DNA from: Octopus sinensis
Taxonomy: Eukaryota
Direction of reading: 5' to 3'
Length of the DNA: 64,000 nucleotides
Assembly (NCBI RefSeq): GCF_006345805.1
Contig: NC_043004.1
Span: 13,950,001 to 14,014,000 of the forward strand
Positions 12,851 through 25,313 of this stretch are shown piece after piece. The notes beneath the pieces were generated by a model. It ran no database searches. It worked only from the letters and a program-made list of their open reading frames with translations, and was not told where the DNA came from. Numbering within the stretch: position 1 is the first letter of the stretch; each line of letters starts with the position of its first letter. The translations under genes and the position numbers were made by a program.

Positions 12851-13917
12851 AGATGTACTCAAATACATACAGTTATGAACACATGTACATATGTAAGTTT
12901 GCATGTGCGCATACTTAATTGCATGCACGTACGCATAAATTTAGAAACAGCATACATACATACATACATACATACATACATACATACACATATGTGTGTG
13001 TGTACGCATGTGTGTGAATGCATGCATGAGCGTGCGTTTCTGTGTATTTGTGTATGCGTGTTTATATATGTTCGTGTATGCGTGAACAAAAGTTTGTTTT
13101 GCGTTATCACAGTAAACCATTTCACTTCAATAAATCATTATACATGCAATATCCGGGCGTAGTCAATAAATTGGAAAATGGTGGATTGATGACATGGAAA
13201 CGAAAAACACATTCAGCGGTAAATCGATGAATAACTAAGTACTTCTACAAACAGACACTATATAACTTACTCTGTCCTAATCCCTCAATCTCCCCTGTGC
13301 CCGCCCATACACATACGCTAGCACACATTTCCACTATCCGTAAAATACATACATATCAACATACACATACAAGCATACATATACATATCTGTGTATATAT
13401 CAATTTACATATGTATTCAAATATGTATGTGCGTGTACGTGTGCATGCTTCTGTGAGTGTGTGTGTGGTGTGTGTCTATTTTTGTTTCTCGCTCAAATGT
13501 CTTCAACGAGACCCGGTCGTGTTTTATTTAATTAACTAAATAATGGACGGTCTTCTTGAAAATTGTTTATAGTACTATGAACATTCTTCTGTTAAAGCCA
13601 TAACATGATGCTAATGACAACTGCGAATGATCAATCATATAATTAATAAATAGTAAAATGAGTAATAACCTAAATGTGTGCCTTCGTTAAATAACAGTAA
13701 AGCATACGCAAACTGTATCAGAATATAAAAAAAGAAATATGCGCACTTCTATTTATCTACCTCTATTCATGCTTACATATATATGCATATCGTATGATGG
13801 TGGGGTGGTGTCGGAGACGAAAATAGAAGCAGAATTCTGCTTGGTATGTACGGTTGATTTCAGACCCCACTGCCTGAAGAAACACAATACCTGCTTAAGG
13901 CTACCCAGTTACGTGTG

Positions 13918-13978
<61 letters not shown>

Positions 13979-14063
13979 GTCTGTCTGTCTGTCGGTCTGT
14001 GTGTCTTTCTGTATGTCTTTCTGTCTATCTGTCTGTCTGTCTGTCTGTCTGTCTGCCTATCTG

Positions 14064-14134
<71 letters not shown>

Positions 14135-15076
14135 GGTGCAAGTGCACAAAACAATAACAAAAGACAGAGACAAGCGAGGGAACAAAAAACGATGTGTATT
14201 AGTTTCACGTTCAGGATAAAAAGGTAAAGTCTTTCAGGCTGGGTTGTTGAATGTCTCTAATCACGGTACCTAAAGTTCACACCCAGTGGGACATCGAATA
14301 TTACGTTTTGGTTATCCAGATACAACAACCATCTTTCAATTTTTTTTTTCTGTGACAAGAGACATTCAACATCCCTTGCAGCTTTAATCTGGAAACTGAA
14401 AGACGAAGGGACCAGTTTCATCATCAAATAGACAATCCTCTCCAAATCCAGACACCATATTAACGGGTCCAAAAGACATTCAGTATTTTCACTTTAAAAA
14501 AATGTATCACTCAAAAAACTTGAGAATCTCTAACGAATACATTTATTCGAGGAATGAGATTTTTTTTGCATGTCCATATTTTCAGAAATACATCTTGTCA
14601 GAACATAAAAGTAGACCACTGGACACCTAGTAAACCATTAACAGCCGGTTTACATCTGCTTGACATCGAATTATCGTAACGTTGGTTATCTACCCCATAG
14701 TTTTCTTCTTTCCCTCTTCTTTACCAGCGTCACTTGTTTAAACTTTATCTGCTCAAAGACAACTGACACACGGTCAGCTTGATGAATGGCGGAATAAATT
14801 ATTATTTCGATCCAAATTTGAGTCATAATATATGGATTCATTTAATCCGGTAGTACACATAAAAAAGGATTATTTTCTTTAATGGATTTCTTTTAACCCG
14901 AAGAGCTAGCTTAATAGATACATTAGTTCAACGATAGTTTATATTAATTCAGACATAAGAAATTTATTACTTAATAAAAATACATGCTTTACTAAGTTAC
15001 GAAACAATTGTTGAATAAATTTTTATATTATATTTCTCTCTCTCTCTATCTATCTCTCTCTCTCTCTCTCTCTCTC

Positions 15077-15110
<34 letters not shown>

Positions 15111-15406
15111 CATTCGCTGCTTTTTTCCAAGGAATCTAATGCTCTTAGCTTAGTTTTTCCTTGGAGCTGGCCAGATTGGAGAAATCTCAACAATAATCAG
15201 CCGAAAATGCGAGGATAATCTGGTGCTTGACTGAGGAAAGAAAACTTCGAAAGATCCGTTCTTGTTTTCTTTGTATCGTCTATCTGGATGTTTTGTTGTC
15301 CCTTTTTGTATCACCTAGATGTCCGGATGTTTGCGCTCTTGTCCCATTTTGTGTATATATATATATATTTAGATAGCTGTGTACGTACAATTTGGTCTCT
15401 TATACG

Positions 15407-15442
<36 letters not shown>

Positions 15443-15759
15443 GTGTGCGTGTGTGTGTATGTGTACAAAGATATAAGCACGAGAAAGTTAAAATTTCTAG
15501 TTTGGTGCCTAGGTGCATATTTAACCGAATAGAGCGAGGTTAGACCCTAAACCACGGCGAAGAAAACTGAGCTAAGAGATGGAAAACTCAAACAGAAAAA
15601 CATGAGGTATGTGGTTCGTTGATGTTGTGAGAAACCTTTGCACCAACATTTTGCGATCATGATTTCCGAAACATTGGGCAGATTTTACAAATCGTCTGTG
15701 TGACCAGTCAAACGAGTATTAACTGTTAAACTCTCAGGTATCAAATAGATTGAAGCCTT

Positions 15760-15830
<71 letters not shown>

Positions 15831-16521
15831 TTACACACACATGATGGCTCCGGCCAGCATGTTTGGGCTGGAAGTAAGTCGATTACATTAACACTAGATA
15901 TCAAATGGTTTTTATATTATCGACCTCTAAAGAATGAAGGGCAAAGTCGACTTCGGAAGAATTTGAACCGAGAACGTAAAGATGGATGAAATGCTGTTAA
16001 ACACTTTTACCGGCTCGGTCTCCATTCTGCTACCACACCGCCCTCGCGCTTATGTAATATTAAAAGTTTAATTGTTAACTTAAACCACTGTTTCCAAATT
16101 TTAATGGAATAAAATATAGAACAACTCAATTTATTTTTGATACCTCAGAGATACGCAGACTCAGACCAAACATCTGCTTCAAATAAAGACATAGAACAAT
16201 GTCTCTTATTATGGGAAACATAAGAAAATATTTATAACAACGTAGGTGTAGTGATTTCAAGATGTTACCAGGCGTCATTTTCAAATGTTTGTTTCATATG
16301 CATTTTTTTTCTTCATTAAGCCAGATAAGATTTATATTTAAGCTTAACTAATATCAAAATGATGAAATCGGCGCAGAAATGACTATGTAGCGAGAGAGTT
16401 AGCTTTGCAACCAAGTGGTATCGGGTTCCATCTCAGCGCACGGAATTTTGCGCAAGTGGCTTCTAGGAATGACCCTTGTCGAGCAAATCCTCGTATTTGA
16501 ATGAAGAAAAAGATAACTGCG

Positions 16522-16560
<39 letters not shown>

Positions 16561-16687
16561 TAATCAATAATGGTGTCTGTGGGGACATATTTTTGTAGTA
16601 AAAGAAATAACAGTCCTCTGGCTGCTATTTGTAATACTTTCGGTATGTGGTCTAGCAACTTGTTGCAAATACCCTCATTGTTATAAT

Positions 16688-16737
<50 letters not shown>

Positions 16738-16821
16738 CACATATTTATATATATATATATATGTATATACATACATACATATATACATATATATATATAT
16801 GTATATATGTATATATGTATG

Positions 16822-16875
<54 letters not shown>

Positions 16876-16999
16876 TATATAAATATATACATATATATAC
16901 ATATATTACTCAAAAAAATTCCAACTTTGACTTACACGTTTTATTTAAAATCTTATAATAATATTTTGAGATGATAAAATATTAAATGTCCATCCTGAT

Positions 17000-17044
17000 T
17001 GAACTAGTACTTTCATGCATTAAACTATACTATCTTCAGGTTCA
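17000..17044 (-). ncRNA. Minimal type-I hammerhead ribozyme motif (family C)
   Basis: Minus strand: tgaac-CTGAAGA-ta.gtat(agttta)atgc.at-GAAA-gtac-TA-gttca. 5-bp helix I, intact core, palindromic helix III AGTACT, CUA triplet. Helix II is mismatched next to the core, so it is probably weakened. Confidence 0.65.
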
Positions 17045-18049
17045 TGTAATAATGGTGACAGTTATGTCTTACAATTTACCACTGCATATTAATGTCTCCT
17101 TTCTAAACTTTAATTTTTAACTTTTAAGTTAAGAATATATAAGTTATATATAAGTTGAAGTAAAAGTTAAAAATTAAGGTTTAGAAAGGAGACGTTAAAA
17201 TGCAGTATCCAAACCTTGTTTCGGGTAAGTCCCACGTAGTGTACGTGCAGAGCACGATCACTACTTATGACTGCCAGGCGTTTACCGCATTACTGCGCTT
17301 TCGTCGCTGGATTAACGTCAGGAATTCCTAGGTGCACGTTGGGCATATTTTAAACGATTGATATGGAAGACGGAGTGAAATTACAAGCTTTATTTAGACC
17401 ACCAGATGCAATGCAGAGTACAGAGGAGCTCATCAGGTGAAGTAACATGCTTCAAAAGTTATAACATTTAAATTTCGTTTCCGCTCAAGTTATATGCCCG
17501 TAGTGTGTTGCTAGTAGTTGACACACATTTGGTGAAGCGAGGAAAGTTATGGTCAGGGTGGGTGGCTGTGACAGTCAAGCCTGACGGCATGTTCAAGAAT
17601 TTTGGTGGGAGTATGATTCTCGTCATTAGACGTGGTGGATGCTTACACCGACACACACATATATAAACACATATGTGCTTGTGCGCGTGTATATATTCAC
17701 ACACATGCCCTCACACACGCACAAAAACACACACATGTACATACATACGTACGGGTACACATTCCGCATCCTATCAATTCACATCCCCGCCTATATAGAC
17801 AAATACAACTACACACTCATATACACATGGACACGCTCACTTATATATACACGCGTGCCAATCGGCGTATGTACATACACGCATCCATCTATATTTGCGC
17901 ATACACCGTCACATACACACACAGATGTCTGTATGATTACACACGCACATGCGCACACATGCGCACATATACATTTTTTCTTTTATTGATTTTAGGCGTG
18001 CGTGAACGGTGTTGAGAGAACGTTTTCTACGAATTATATTTCTTGACTC

Positions 18050-18780
18050 AGGGCAACTCTAAGAGGGCCACCAGACACTGAACGAAAATAAATGAACAGC
18101 GACCAGGCTCAATAAAAGGAGCCCGAGTTATTGGCTGCAATTACATACTTGAAGTCAGTGTTCGCAGAAATTAAATTAATGAGAGTAATCGCAGTAATGT
18201 GGAAATTGAAGAGGAGCAAGAAAACCATCGCAAATATATCAAGAGAAGCGACCCCAACTCCCTCTCCCAACGCGGCAGCCAACTAGAGGAACCAGCCGCA
18301 AGTCAGATACAACAGAGTTCAAACCAGAGGCTAAACACATAAACGCAACCTGTAAATTCTACATAAAAGGGGACTGCTGGCATGGAGAGAAGGGGATACA
18401 CTGCCGCTTTGTACATCCAAAGCGTAGGCAAGATAGAATGCGCAGGCGCAGCAGTTACCACTCTCCACCTGGTTTTCAGGATAAGCACCCACGCCCAGAA
18501 AAGTCCACATCCCTGTGCACACCTACAAAAACACTACCAAATAGCTGTGCGCAGATGCAGTGCGAACTGCAGCAGCCGAGCAGCGACATTTTTTAAGTAT
18601 CGCACAAGCGATAATGCAGCAATTATCATGGCTACAAACGAAATTAAACCATGTACACCCACACACAAGACCACCACAATTAATGGACCTAGGATGGCGA
18701 CCACTGCCGCCGAGTCATCCATCACACCAATTCTACTGATGAACATCAGAGGCCTCTTGCAATAAAACCTCGTGAGTGGA
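18050..18780 (+). mobile_element. APE-type LINE fragment: ORF1 with CCCH zinc finger plus start of ORF2
   Basis: 18351-18416 translates CKFYIKGDCWHGEKGIHCRFVH (C-x7-C-x8-C-x3-H). 18694-18762 translates MATTAAESSITPILLMNIRGLLQ, resembling the first strand (xNxRGL) of a retrotransposon apurinic endonuclease. Sequence breaks off at ~18780. Confidence 0.6.
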
Positions 18781-18816
18781 TTTTTAGTTGACAGAAACTA
18801 ATAGAAGCTCGTCGTA

Positions 18817-18850
<34 letters not shown>

Positions 18851-19564
18851 CATACATATATATCAATGTGTATGTCTATGAGTATGAAATTTTCTCCCAC
18901 CTATGTTTGACAATCGATGCTTACGTCCCTATAACTTAGCCGTTCTGCAATAAAAACCGATAGAATAAATACCACTCTTAAAAATATAAGTCCTGGGGTA
19001 GATTTGTTTGACTAAACCATTCGGTGTGGTACGCCAGCTTGTCTGTAGTTCAGTGAATAAAATAAATAACTGATATATATTTTTCCAAACGATTCTAAGT
19101 TTGCGATGGCCATTGTAGATGTTACAATCCCAAATTTTACATTTTCATTTCATCTCTTACTTCCTGTTATTGCTCTTTTCTATGTATGAATCCACCTGAT
19201 TGTTCGAGAGATGTCGCCAATATTTAAATTTCATTTACTGTATATTTTTATTGTTTCATCAGCAATATTTCAGTAGATATTTACATTCGAAGTCGTTTTC
19301 CTGCTATATCTACATGTGTTAAATATTTGAATTATTGATATTAGCCTAGAAGAACGATAACATCTATACAACGAAAATAATGAATTTTTTGTCACTGAGT
19401 TAGAGTTTGCTTCGCAAAATCTTCAAGGTCTTATATCATTACACATTCCAGAAACACATTGAAAATGTCTAAAGGAAGGATACATGTTTCTCTGGCTATA
19501 CTTTCTGTGTTTTTTAAATTATACCTTGGATGAATTTTCCCCAAATTTAAATATTTAACGCTTG

Positions 19565-19638
<74 letters not shown>

Positions 19639-20614
19639 GCATACATACACACACACCCATATAGTATCTAACAGAAGTATGTACACCCGCCAAAAATTTC
19701 AGTAGAATTGCCATTACTCTAATAATATCGAAGGAAATCAGACGAAATCTATACCGAATAAAATATATTATACATGCAAACATTACCCAAACTTGGAACA
19801 CAAAACAATTAACACTTTCAAAGATATGAACAAAATATTAATCTTCAAACGTTACATAAATGTGTACACCCTAAAGGAGATTTGCTATATTTAATATTTG
19901 TTTCCACTTTTTTTCTGCTAAATTAAGATATAGCTGACAATTTCAATTGTAATAAAGTATTTCTCCTGGAATTTTAGCACCGGTCGTTTTTATTGCTTCT
20001 GCAGGAATTCTGATTTGTGTACCGTGGTGAAAATGTTCTTCATTGTGATTAAAATGACACCAAATGGAAAAGAATTGTCTGAAGATTTGAAGTAAATTAT
20101 TTTTAATTTGCACAAGAATAATTTAGGATACAAGTTAATTAGCAAACATATACATATTAGCGTAAACATAGTTGCGTAAGTAATTAAGAAATATAAACCT
20201 ACTGGATGGCTAAGCAATAAACATCGTCCATTTCGTCCTTCTATTTTAGCTGCGTGTGATATTCGGCACATCCAACGTTGCATGATGGACGACGTGCCGG
20301 TTCCGCTTTGTCCTAAGAACTGTCTTCTGCTGTTAGAAAGAATGTATCCGACCAAACAGTATGCCGAAGTTTGAACCAGTGTGGTATAAGGAATAGAGAC
20401 CAAATCCGCTTCTAATACAGCCTCTACCCAATTCTATAGTAGAAAAAACTTGCCCAAAGTGCCACATACTGAGACTGAGCCTAGAAACCTGTTGTTAGAA
20501 AGCAAACGTCATATGACACAGCCAAAATTTAAATATTTGGTATTCACCTAACTAAACTGTTTGCATTTTCTCTCCCACAATTATATCCCGCAGATACAGA
20601 AACATAAGCCTATG

Positions 20615-20655
<41 letters not shown>

Positions 20656-20656
20656 T

Positions 20657-20728
<72 letters not shown>

Positions 20729-20791
20729 GTCTGTCTGTCTGTCTGTCTATCAGTCTGTCTGTCTGTCTGTCTGTCTTTCTATCTATCTATA

Positions 20792-20826
<35 letters not shown>

Positions 20827-21852
20827 ATATTTATCTACCTATCTATCTATCTACCTATCTATCTATCTATCTATCTATCTATATATACATAAATACATAC
20901 ATACGTACATATTTATATATATATATATACACACATACATACACCTATATATATACATGTCCATTCACCCGTCCAACCATCCAGCCCATCCTACATACAA
21001 CCATATACATATGCATATATACATATACCTATATAGAGATACATACACAAACACATACACATACTCATATATATATAGAGAGAAATATTCGCATATTAAC
21101 GATTACGCAGATGACTTCATTGGCTTCAGTATGCATAAGTCTATGAATTTACGAGACGATGTGTGTCGGTTTCTGTGCTTATGTGTTTCTGTACCTGCAT
21201 GTCTATGTGTGCATGTGTATGCCTGTGCTTATATGGATATGAACCCCAGTGTCTATGTGTGCAAGTTTATGAGCACGCATATAAACAAGTATGGTTGATG
21301 AATGCGCAGAAAAAACAGGCTAATTAGTCATGTTTCTTTACATAGCTCCAGGGTCAGAATGGACTTCACTTAAGTATACGAATGTGACTTTGAAGCACTG
21401 CACGAAAGCTTAGCTTAAATAATCTGTTCATCTCTATATTTGTTTGTTTATTTCTTCTTTTTTTTCTTTGCGTTCTTCCTTGTCTTTACTTTTTGCCTTT
21501 AGTTTCATCCAACCATTCTCTATATTTTTCTTTCTCTCCCTCTTTGGCCCTGTTACTTTTTATCTCTAACTATCGCTCTCAATCTCTCTTATTTTCTTTA
21601 CTCAACTCTTCGTATTCAATTTCTTATAATTCTCACCTTTCCCTCTTCTTTTCTCTTTCCTCGCGATGCTGTACTTATATCGCAGTTTTCTTTATCGATT
21701 TCCAGTAAGTTTTATTTCGCTTTTAGCCATAATCTTTGTTGTTTTTACTTACACAAAAGCTCACCGAGCGCATAATAAACCATCTTGGCTTGTCATAATT
21801 CCTACACTGAATCAGGCTATACAGCCTTATACGCATATCTATATCTCTATCA

Positions 21853-21890
<38 letters not shown>

Positions 21891-22669
21891 AATCATAGAG
21901 AAGCACGCATACTCACACACATACTCACACACACACAAACACGCACACACTGAGGCACGCACGCCAGATCACTGCGAGTTTCTCATTGCTCATTGGCGAT
22001 CTTTTCGCACCCTTCTCTCTCCTCTTAACATTCCGCTCGATGCTATTCCCATATTACAGTTTTCTCAATAATTCTTCACTAAATTTTATTGGCTTATGAC
22101 CTTAAACTCAGTTAAACATATGTATATATATATATATATATATGCACAATGACTCATATGTATAAAATTACATGCACACATACACCCACACACACATACA
22201 CACACACATATGGTGTCTATACATACTTATATACACGATAATCTGACAAATGCAAACAAGAACCTGAAAGTTTCCACAACTTTCAGTAAAGAAATGCTGG
22301 TGTTACCTGTCAATGCAGATAGCATCTGGTGTATTAAAAACAAACCTGATTTTGTTGTGTGCTCGAGAGAATAAAATATACTCTGGCGTATGTGTCAAAT
22401 CTAGTGGTTGTGAACATACTGCCATATATTGTATGAAAAGTGACCATTCGAGGGGGTTCCTGGATTTAAGAGAATCGCGAAAGGCCTGGCTTGAGGCCCA
22501 ACTTTCCGAGTTCGTTTATAAGGCTTAAAAAAACTGAAGTTTCGCTGCAATAAGTGTGTGAATCTGAGAGGGGAATATTTTGAATAAAATTACCATTTCA
22601 CTTTACCGAAAGCCAGAAACGTTTCAGCACCCCCTCGTGTATGACAAGGCAGAACATAAAACTCTTACA

Positions 22670-22931
22670 TTATTTAAATTTGACAGATATTTGTCCTCAT
22701 CTTGTTTGTTGTTAACAGAACGTTTCGGCTCATATACCCTACCAGCCTTCATAGAGTGTCTTGACTGAGTAGTGTTTCCAGTTGTTTATCATTTGTAGCG
22801 TATAGTTTAGGTCATCCATATTTAAGAGGTAGCTGATTGTTTCGCTGTAACATTTGTATCCGCATCCAGTTCTATTTAGCATGTCAGATAAAAGTTGTCA
22901 GTGCCATGCAGAAAAGGAGTGGAGAGAAAAG

Positions 22932-22977
<46 letters not shown>

Positions 22978-23040
22978 TATCCAGATCACTGCCTAGAAGC
23001 GAATCTTAGGGTCAGTATATGCCCGCGCTCTTAACCACTA
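22670..23040 (-). mobile_element. Inverted degenerate copy of the tRNA-head/(AAT)n/hammerhead-tail element, interrupted by an R4/Dong RT fragment
   Basis: Minus strand order: head (23040-22980), (AAT)n (22978-22935), RT fragment, then tail gacac-tctatga-a-ggctg...agcc-GAAAC-GTT-ctgtt-aacaacaaacaagatgaggacaaatat, matching 23269-23360. Confidence 0.8.
22765..22934 (-). mobile_element. R4/Dong-clade reverse transcriptase fragment inserted at (AAT)n
   Basis: With frameshift correction translates SPLLFCMALTT..MLNRTGCGYKCYSETISYLLNMDDLKLYATNDKQLETLL, homologous to the YMDD region of copies at 38.0 and 43.95 kb. Starts directly after (AAT)n. Confidence 0.75.
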
Positions 23041-23044
23041 GCGC

Positions 23045-23140
23045 ACGGGCATATGGCATAGTGGTTAAGAGCGCGGGCTACTAACCCCAAGATTCCGAGT
23101 TCGATTCCAGGCAGTGACCTGAATAATAATAGTAATAATA

Positions 23141-23201
<61 letters not shown>

Positions 23202-23405
23202 TAATAATAATAACAATAACATCGAAAAATACCTTAGGAATGAGCACTCAGGTTCGAAATTTCCCCATGACACCCGATGAAAGCTGGAGGGTATATCAGC
23301 TGAAACGTTGTATTGACAACAAACAAGATGAGGACAAATATTCGTCAAAAGTAAATAATGTAAATAATGTACATAATTCCTCATCTCTTAAATATGGAAC
23401 TGTAT
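23045..23405 (+). mobile_element. SINE-like element: tRNA-derived head + (AAT)n + hammerhead-like 3' tail (family D)
   Basis: A box TGGCATAGTGG (23054-23064), B box GTTCGATTCC (23099-23108), (AAT)n at 23122-23218. Tail at 23269-23314 reads gacac-CCGATGA-a-agctg(gagggtatat)cagct-GAAAC-GTT-gtatt. Confidence 0.75.
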
Positions 23406-23837
23406 TAAAACTCTTATATCCATATTGTATATACTCGTATCTATTAGTATCACTTATTAGGCTATACGACAGACATGGACTAAAGTTTTAAAATGTTTGT
23501 TCTTTCGAAGAAAGAATAATTTGGGACCGATTTGCGTGTTCCAAATCCAAAGGTACTCTTTATTTAATTTCAGTTCCGGAACATTGAAAATTTGTAAAAC
23601 ATTTCAGGGATTCTCCGAAGAAGCCAGTGGTTTAGTCTTTAGGCAACTAGGCTCTCGATCATAAGCTAGTAGATTCGATTCCCGTGTGTCCTCCGGCAAA
23701 AAGGTTTACGTTGCTGCAATCCACTTCGCTGGCAAAAATGACTATTAAGACTGAAATAGCCCCAGATCAGCGTCATTTAGTCCAACAGCGCTAACAAGTC
23801 ACATATACATACATACTATACATACATACATACATAC

Positions 23838-23879
<42 letters not shown>

Positions 23880-24054
23880 GTATATATAATATATATATAT
23901 ATACAAAGAGCAATAAAGATTCAAGTTAATTTAAAAAAATTTACTTGAATATGGTACCTAACTTAGATGCACCAAAAAAAAAACTATACTGATTTAACAA
24001 TACAGTAATGTGGGTGCTTTATAAGCGAGAAAGAAGCAACAAGAATGGATAGGT

Positions 24055-24145
24055 TTTTAGTACGATCGTTTCATACAAGGACAGGTTTTATTAAAAGTTG
24101 CAAAGATTACAGCATATAAACGAGTCCCGTACTCATCAGCTAAAA
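24055..24145 (-). ncRNA. Minimal type-I hammerhead ribozyme motif (family E, inverted copy)
   Basis: Exact reverse complement of 26742-26832. Confidence 0.9.
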
Positions 24146-24214
24146 TAATGGTAATAAATACAATAACTCCGGTGAGATGAATAGTAGTAATTCTACGAAC
24201 CCTAATTTTATAAA

Positions 24215-25313
24215 AAAGATATATTATGGCTGAATATTCCTTTCACTGTGCGATACAATCGGATTACAGAACAAATTCAAAGTAATTCTGGAAAAATTTC
24301 CCTATCTCTCATAGATATCATAGAATTATTTCTAGGAAAACAGTTAGGATTTCTTATTCAACCCTCCCAAATTGTCCACTTTAATAGCTAAAATAATAAT
24401 AACAACATTAAACTAGCCAGGAAAGATAGAAATAAAAATAATAATATCAGAATGAATACCAATAGCAATAACAATAATACTACAACAATAAAAACAGCAA
24501 TAGGAACTATCAAAACATAGGTGAATTAGTAACCACAGAATGACTAATAACATTAACATTAATAGTAATAATAACAATGCCGATATTAATAGAAGTAATA
24601 TTGTTAATAATAGAAATAATAGAAATAAGGCTAATGGAGAAAATAAGGAGAATGAAAATCAGTGATATCTATAACAATAATATACAGTTGGATAAAAAGA
24701 CTAACAATAATAATAACATTACGAATAATATAAGAAATCTTGGTAGGACTTTACACCTAAATGATAAACGGAAGGATCAATAAAATAACAATACTTTAGA
24801 TATCAGCACCAACTATAGAAATGATAATCAAAATAATAGGAACCTTAAACATCTACCCAGGAATAATCCAAGGCCTGAAGTTGTTCCTCCTGTGTGTAAG
24901 TGTAGAATAAAATCAAATGCCCGGCACCTGGTCTATGTAGGAAAATAATGTAATCTATAAATGTACCATATCCACGGAGAATAACAAATATTTTTACATT
25001 GGCTGTACAATTAATTTTTTAGCCAGAGTTAGAAATCACATCTCGACTTTTAAATTACGTCATAAAGCTGGTACCACCACACTTTCAACAAAATCTGGGA
25101 ACTCAAAAATAATAACAAAAATTATACCCTTAATTGGGAAATAGTTAGGAGAGCAATTCCGTATAAAAATAGTAGGGTTGGTTGTCAACTATGCTCCATG
25201 GAGACGTACGAAATTCTAAAGCATAGTAAACATAGAAACTTATTGAATAACCATATCGAACTAGGTCAAGTTTGTGTCCACGCTAAATTGAAGACTTTAA
25301 AATATTTTAAATG
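24215..25313 (+). pseudogene. Penelope-like ORF C-terminal part: post-RT domain, N-rich linker, GIY-YIG endonuclease (frameshifted)
   Basis: After frameshift correction: ILWLNIPF...NFPISHRYHRIISRKTVRISYSTLP, then CKCRIKS.CPAPGLCRKNNVIYKCTISTENNKYFYIGCT...RVRNH...LNWEIVRRAIPYKNSRVGCQLCSMETYEILKH...LLNNHIELGQVCVH; stop at ~25311-25313. Confidence 0.85.

Noticed and set aside
15228-15260. ctgaggaaagaaaacttcgaaagatcc
   Set aside because: No valid helix I and no U16.1; not a hammerhead.
17390-17490. CTGATGA-gctc on the minus strand with gagcggaaac upstream (possible type II hammerhead)
   Set aside because: Extra G before GAAA, helix I does not close next to the core, and no downstream gagc-GAAA exists.
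23045-23119. tRNA gene
   Set aside because: A and B boxes are present but the acceptor and anticodon stems do not close, and it is followed by (AAT)n and a repeat tail; it is a SINE head.
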